Source of the DNA: an uncultured archaeon
GTDB taxonomy: Archaea; Asgardarchaeota; Lokiarchaeia; Sigyniarchaeales; SOKP01
Assembly (NCBI GenBank): GCA_964486045.1
Contig: CAZALK010000010.1
Span: forward strand, 1-64,000
Direction of reading: 5' to 3'
Length of the DNA stretch: 64,000 nt
The notes below the pieces were generated by a model. The model had not been told where the DNA came from, did not search any database, and saw nothing but the letters and a program-made list of their open reading frames with translations. Positions 60,122 through 64,000 of the stretch are shown one piece after another. Numbering within the stretch: the first letter of the stretch is position 1; each line of letters starts with the position of its first letter. The translations under genes were made by a program, and so were the position numbers.

Positions 60122-60222
60122 GGGAAATGATTTTTAATCATATGATAACTCTGACCCAACTGAAATCGAGATTTTAAATTCGATAAATGTAGAAGATCTT
60201 GAGTAATGAAAAATCATTTCCC
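60122..60222 (+). ncRNA. Putative box C/D guide sRNA within a 14-bp terminal stem
   Basis: Stem GGGAAATGATTTTT/AAAAATCATTTCCC. Box C ATGATAA (60142-48), 11-nt guide, D' CTGA (60160-63), hairpin ATCGAG/TTCGAT, C' ATGTAGA (60187-93), 12-nt guide AGATCTTGAGTA, box D ATGA (60206-09). Confidence 0.7.
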
Positions 60223-60322
60223 TCCTTACTTTCGTTTAATCTCTGCAGTAATTAAATACTAAAGTTTTAATCAAAGAAATTATAATCTAAAATAATTAAT
60301 TAGATCACTTTTTCACAGCAGA

Positions 60323-62512
60323 ATGCCTCGTAGGAAAGAAATTACGGAAATACTAAACTTAATGAACAATACTAAATCCATTCGCAATTTTGGCTTAGTT
60401 GGGCATATAGATCATGGAAAAACAACACTTTCTGATTCTTTGTTAAGTGAAGCTGGATTTTTATCACCAGATTTAGCTGGTGAAGCCCGAGCGTTAGATT
60501 TTTTGGAGGAGGAACAGAAACGTGGGATAACAATGAAATCAGCTAATATTTCATTATATTATGAAAAATCCTTAGAAAATCATGAACCGTTTCTAATAAA
60601 TCTAGTCGACACCCCTGGGCATTTAGATTTTAGTGGAAAAGTGACTCGTGCTCTACGTCTTATTGATGGAGTAGTTGTAGTTGTTGATGCTGTTGAGGAA
60701 ATAATAACGCAATCTGAAACGGTAATTAAACAAGCATTACAAGAAGGAGTTAAACCGGTACTTTTTATCAATAAAGTCGATCGTTTAATTAGGGAATTAA
60801 AGCTCTCAGATGAAAAAATTAAGAAAAAATATATTAGAATTATAAAATCTTTTAACACTCTAATAGAAAGATATGCAGAACCTCCATTCAATAGTAGGTG
60901 GAAAGTTTCACCCCAATTGGGAAATATTGCTTTTGGTTCAGCATTACATAAGTGGGGGTACACCCTAAATATATTAGAAAAAAGTAATTTAAAATTTCAA
61001 GATATTAGAAAAAGATATCACAAAGAGACGTATACTAAAGAAAGTTATGCAGATTTAGCTGTTTATTTTCCAATCCATCAGGCTATATTAGAAATGGTTA
61101 TTGATCACCTACCAAATCCTATAAAGGCTCAAAAATATAGAATTGGGAAAATTTGGAATGGAAATTTAAATTCTGAAATAGGAAAAGCGATGATTAATTG
61201 TGATCCTGATGGGCCTTTAATAATTTGTATGAGTAAAGTTCAAGCGGATAAACACGGTTTAATAGCTACTGGGAGAATATTTTGTGGAAGTTGCACCAAA
61301 AAAAATGAAATTTTTCTTTTAAATGAAAATAGTTATGAAACTATTCAGAGAATAGCCATATTTATGGGCCAAAGACGGGAGCAAGTAGATAGAATCCCAG
61401 TAGGTAATATTCTTGCAATAGAGGGATTGAAAAATATAAAAAGCGGTGATACTATTATTGACAGAAATAATATAAATGGAATGGTGCCATTTGAAAGTGT
61501 GAAATACGTCACTACTCCAGTTGTAACAATTTCAATAGAACCTGAATCTCTAAGGGATCTTGACAAAATGAAAAAGTTAATTGAGAACATGCTGATTGAG
61601 GATCCTAATTTAAAATTCGAAATTAATGAGGAAAATGGTGAATTCTTATTATCAGGTATGGGACCCTTACATCTTGAGGTCACGGCCAATGAAATAGGCA
61701 AAAGGGGCGTAAATGTGACCATTTCAGAACCAAGAGCTGTTTTCAAAGAATCTTGCCGTTTGAGTTCCTCTTTAATAACTATATTATCTTCTAATGGGAA
61801 AAATTCTTTAAAATTAAGAGTTGAAAGACTTGATGAAAAAACAGTAAAATTCTTTCAAAATGTTGATTACAAGTCATTAAAACCTCTTGATGTCTTATAC
61901 AGGACTTTAAGAGAGGAAACCAAGTTAGGAGAAGAAGAAATTAAAAATTTTTGGATTTGTGATGACGATCAAAATGTTATAACTTATAGCAGTAATTCTG
62001 ATATAAATCCAGTTCATAAAAACACAATTCTTGAAATATTTGAAAAAATAAAATTACGAGGTCCTCTCAGTGGTGAAAAATTAACTGAAATTAAGGTCAC
62101 AATTGAAGATTTAATCATTGATAATATTTCACAAGAAGAAATTTTTACAGAATTATCCACCATGCTCTATGAGGCAATAAAGAAAGGTTTGGAGGAAGCA
62201 GAATTAATCCTTCTTGAGCCTATTTATCACACTATAATACAACTACCTCCTGATTATATTAAAAATACTCTTTCTCTACTTTCGAAATATTTGGCAAAGA
62301 TAAAAAGTGTTGATCAAGATAAAGAGTATCAAGCGATTATTGAAATCCTTTTATCAGTTAGAAATTCCCTAAAATTTTCGGAAGATATTCGAAATATTTC
62401 TTCAGGGAAAGCATTTTGGCAGAATGAGTTTTACGCTTTCATGGAAGTTCCTAAACAGGATGCTCAGCGACTGATTCAAGATTTACGTTTTCTTAAAGGA
62501 TTAACATGGTAA
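60323..62512 (+). CDS. Elongation factor 2 paralog (aEF-2p type, no diphthamide His)
   Basis: GHIDHGKTT, RGIT, DTPGH, NKVD, GMGPLHLEV, LLEP. The domain IV loop reads EDLIIDNISQEEIFTEL instead of the HxDxxHRG loop. Confidence 0.88.
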   Translation: MPRRKEITEILNLMNNTKSIRNFGLVGHIDHGKTTLSDSLLSEAGFLSPDLAGEARALDFLEEEQKRGITMKSANISLYYEKSLENHEPFLINLVDTPGHLDFSGKVTRALRLIDGVVVVVDAVEEIITQSETVIKQALQEGVKPVLFINKVDRLIRELKLSDEKIKKKYIRIIKSFNTLIERYAEPPFNSRWKVSPQLGNIAFGSALHKWGYTLNILEKSNLKFQDIRKRYHKETYTKESYADLAVYFPIHQAILEMVIDHLPNPIKAQKYRIGKIWNGNLNSEIGKAMINCDPDGPLIICMSKVQADKHGLIATGRIFCGSCTKKNEIFLLNENSYETIQRIAIFMGQRREQVDRIPVGNILAIEGLKNIKSGDTIIDRNNINGMVPFESVKYVTTPVVTISIEPESLRDLDKMKKLIENMLIEDPNLKFEINEENGEFLLSGMGPLHLEVTANEIGKRGVNVTISEPRAVFKESCRLSSSLITILSSNGKNSLKLRVERLDEKTVKFFQNVDYKSLKPLDVLYRTLREETKLGEEEIKNFWICDDDQNVITYSSNSDINPVHKNTILEIFEKIKLRGPLSGEKLTEIKVTIEDLIIDNISQEEIFTELSTMLYEAIKKGLEEAELILLEPIYHTIIQLPPDYIKNTLSLLSKYLAKIKSVDQDKEYQAIIEILLSVRNSLKFSEDIRNISSGKAFWQNEFYAFMEVPKQDAQRLIQDLRFLKGLTW

Positions 62513-62611
62513 GAAAAGTTTACTTCTCTTTTGATATCTATGCTTGTTGCTTTGAATAACCTAAGTGTAACCAAACTTCATGCTATTTAACAAAATAAAA
62601 TTGAGTTAGTT

Positions 62612-63943
62612 TTAATTCTTAACAAAATCGATGATTTTTCCAGCGATTTTAAAATTTGGGAGTTTAAAATTTGCAAAGCCTTTTTCTGCTGCAAATTTAG
62701 GCATTGCATATAAAATGCATGTCTCTTCTGACTCTGCGATTGTTTTACCACCTAACTTTTGGATTACACCTAATCCTTCAACTCCATCAGCACCCATCCC
62801 TGTCAATATTATCCCTAAGGTTCTTTTTCTAAACATCCGAGCTGCTGAAAAGAAAAGGATATCAATTGAAGGCATGCAATAATTAACAGGAGTACCTACA
62901 TATATTTTAATAACTGGTTTTTTATTTTTTTCTACAATTTCCATATGATTATCACCGGGGGCAATATAACATACTCCAGCTTGGAGAGCTTCCCCGTTAA
63001 CTGCAACCTTAACTCTCATTTTGCATTCTATTCTCAAATTATCAACGAATGCATCTGTAAAGTGTGAAGAAAGATGTTGAACTACTAAAACTGGTGCACC
63101 TAAATTTCGGGGTAATTCTTTTAGTATTGTAGTTATAGTCCTAGGACCGCCTACACTTGCCCCAATAACCACAATGTTGGTTGATAGAATCACATCTCTA
63201 ACAGGAGTTAGATTTGGAACATAAGCGGGTGCTTTCTTTACGTATTTTGTTGAAATTTGTTTTTTCATTAAAGGAATTGAAGCTTTACTTTTTGTTACAG
63301 TGACTTTTCCTTTTTGTAATGTTTTTGCAATGGCTTCTTTCTTAACAATTTGTTGAGTTTCCTTTGTAGCTATTTTAGTTTTACCAATATCAATTATTTG
63401 AGTTTTTTGATCTTTCTCGATTTCTTGAACTGGTTGTAATCGATTTAGATATTGTCCAAAATTAAAAATGTCATTGATTATATCTTGTCGAATTGAAGTC
63501 CCCTTTTTTATCGGTTCACCATCTTTTCGAAATATCCTTTTGATTTGTGATTGGGAAGCTAAAAGAACTTTAGCAAGTAATTCCTCCTTGAATAACGGTA
63601 ATTTTTTGGCGCCCATTCCCCCTGGTTTTATGATATAGTCGAATGCACCCATCAATAATGCTTGTATAGAAGAATCTAGGTTTTTAGGACTTATAGCTGA
63701 AAGTATAACAGTGGGAGTGGGATGATCCTCCATTATTAATTTAAATGCCTCTAGTCCATTCATTTTTGGCATTACTAAATCTAATACTAACACATCTGGG
63801 CTGTATTTCCCAACAAAATCAACGGCCTCTTCTCCATTTTTAGCAAATTCTAAAACATTAATCAATTCATGGCCTCTAAGAATATCGGCTATACTTTTTC
63901 TTAAATACGCAGAATCGTCGGCAACTAGAACATCAATCGACAC
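62612..63943 (-). CDS. cheB: Chemotaxis methylesterase CheB (receiver domain, long linker, esterase)
   Basis: VADDS, LDLVMP, KP in the receiver domain. GASVGGP, VVQH, PSID, LTGMGADG in the esterase domain. Confidence 0.93.
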   Translation of the reverse strand: MSIDVLVADDSAYLRKSIADILRGHELINVLEFAKNGEEAVDFVGKYSPDVLVLDLVMPKMNGLEAFKLIMEDHPTPTVILSAISPKNLDSSIQALLMGAFDYIIKPGGMGAKKLPLFKEELLAKVLLASQSQIKRIFRKDGEPIKKGTSIRQDIINDIFNFGQYLNRLQPVQEIEKDQKTQIIDIGKTKIATKETQQIVKKEAIAKTLQKGKVTVTKSKASIPLMKKQISTKYVKKAPAYVPNLTPVRDVILSTNIVVIGASVGGPRTITTILKELPRNLGAPVLVVQHLSSHFTDAFVDNLRIECKMRVKVAVNGEALQAGVCYIAPGDNHMEIVEKNKKPVIKIYVGTPVNYCMPSIDILFFSAARMFRKRTLGIILTGMGADGVEGLGVIQKLGGKTIAESEETCILYAMPKFAAEKGFANFKLPNFKIAGKIIDFVKN

Positions 63944-64000
63944 AAAAATCTCCTTTAAAATTTGATATAGTAATTCTTATAAATAGTCGTGTAAAGAAAT

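Noticed and set aside
60122-60222. MITE interpretation of the 14-bp terminal inverted repeat
   Set aside because: No clear target-site duplication and no second copy in the window. The interior fits box C/D spacing better. Not fully excluded without a genome-wide search.

Overview
AT-rich archaeal chromosomal window, most likely from an Asgard archaeon of the Lokiarchaeia type. This is inferred from the gene set: an actin-related protein, an MglA-type small GTPase, a Roadblock/LC7 protein, a diphthamide-loop-less EF-2 paralog, aCPSF1, class I LysRS, CofE and bacterial-type gyrase. Most of the window is housekeeping or metabolic (gyrAB, folP, gabT, cofE, asnS-gatA-gatB-lysS, hisA, purN, cheB). 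I found no CRISPR array, rRNA or transposase. Non-coding features absent from the ORF track: a tRNA-Gln(CUG) gene with two non-canonical introns and an atypical anticodon loop, a ~165-nt multi-branched structured RNA candidate with its own TATA box next to that tRNA, and a box C/D guide RNA candidate predicted to methylate C34 of tRNA-Leu(CAA). Coding features the track misses or truncates: a 57-aa 11-Cys zinc-finger gene, a decayed 3-hydroxyacyl-CoA dehydrogenase remnant, two genes that need CTG or ATT starts, and two genes interrupted by in-frame stops. Protein architectures of most interest: an actin-related gene followed by a catalytically dead CHAT (caspase-like) protein, a Zn-finger/tandem winged-helix/adaptin-appendage-like protein, a tandem pair of paralogous coiled-coil proteins with conserved head and tail motifs, and a TrmB-like protein with five copies of an unrecognised ~60-aa helical domain. 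All calls come from reading motifs by eye. No searches or folding programs were run.
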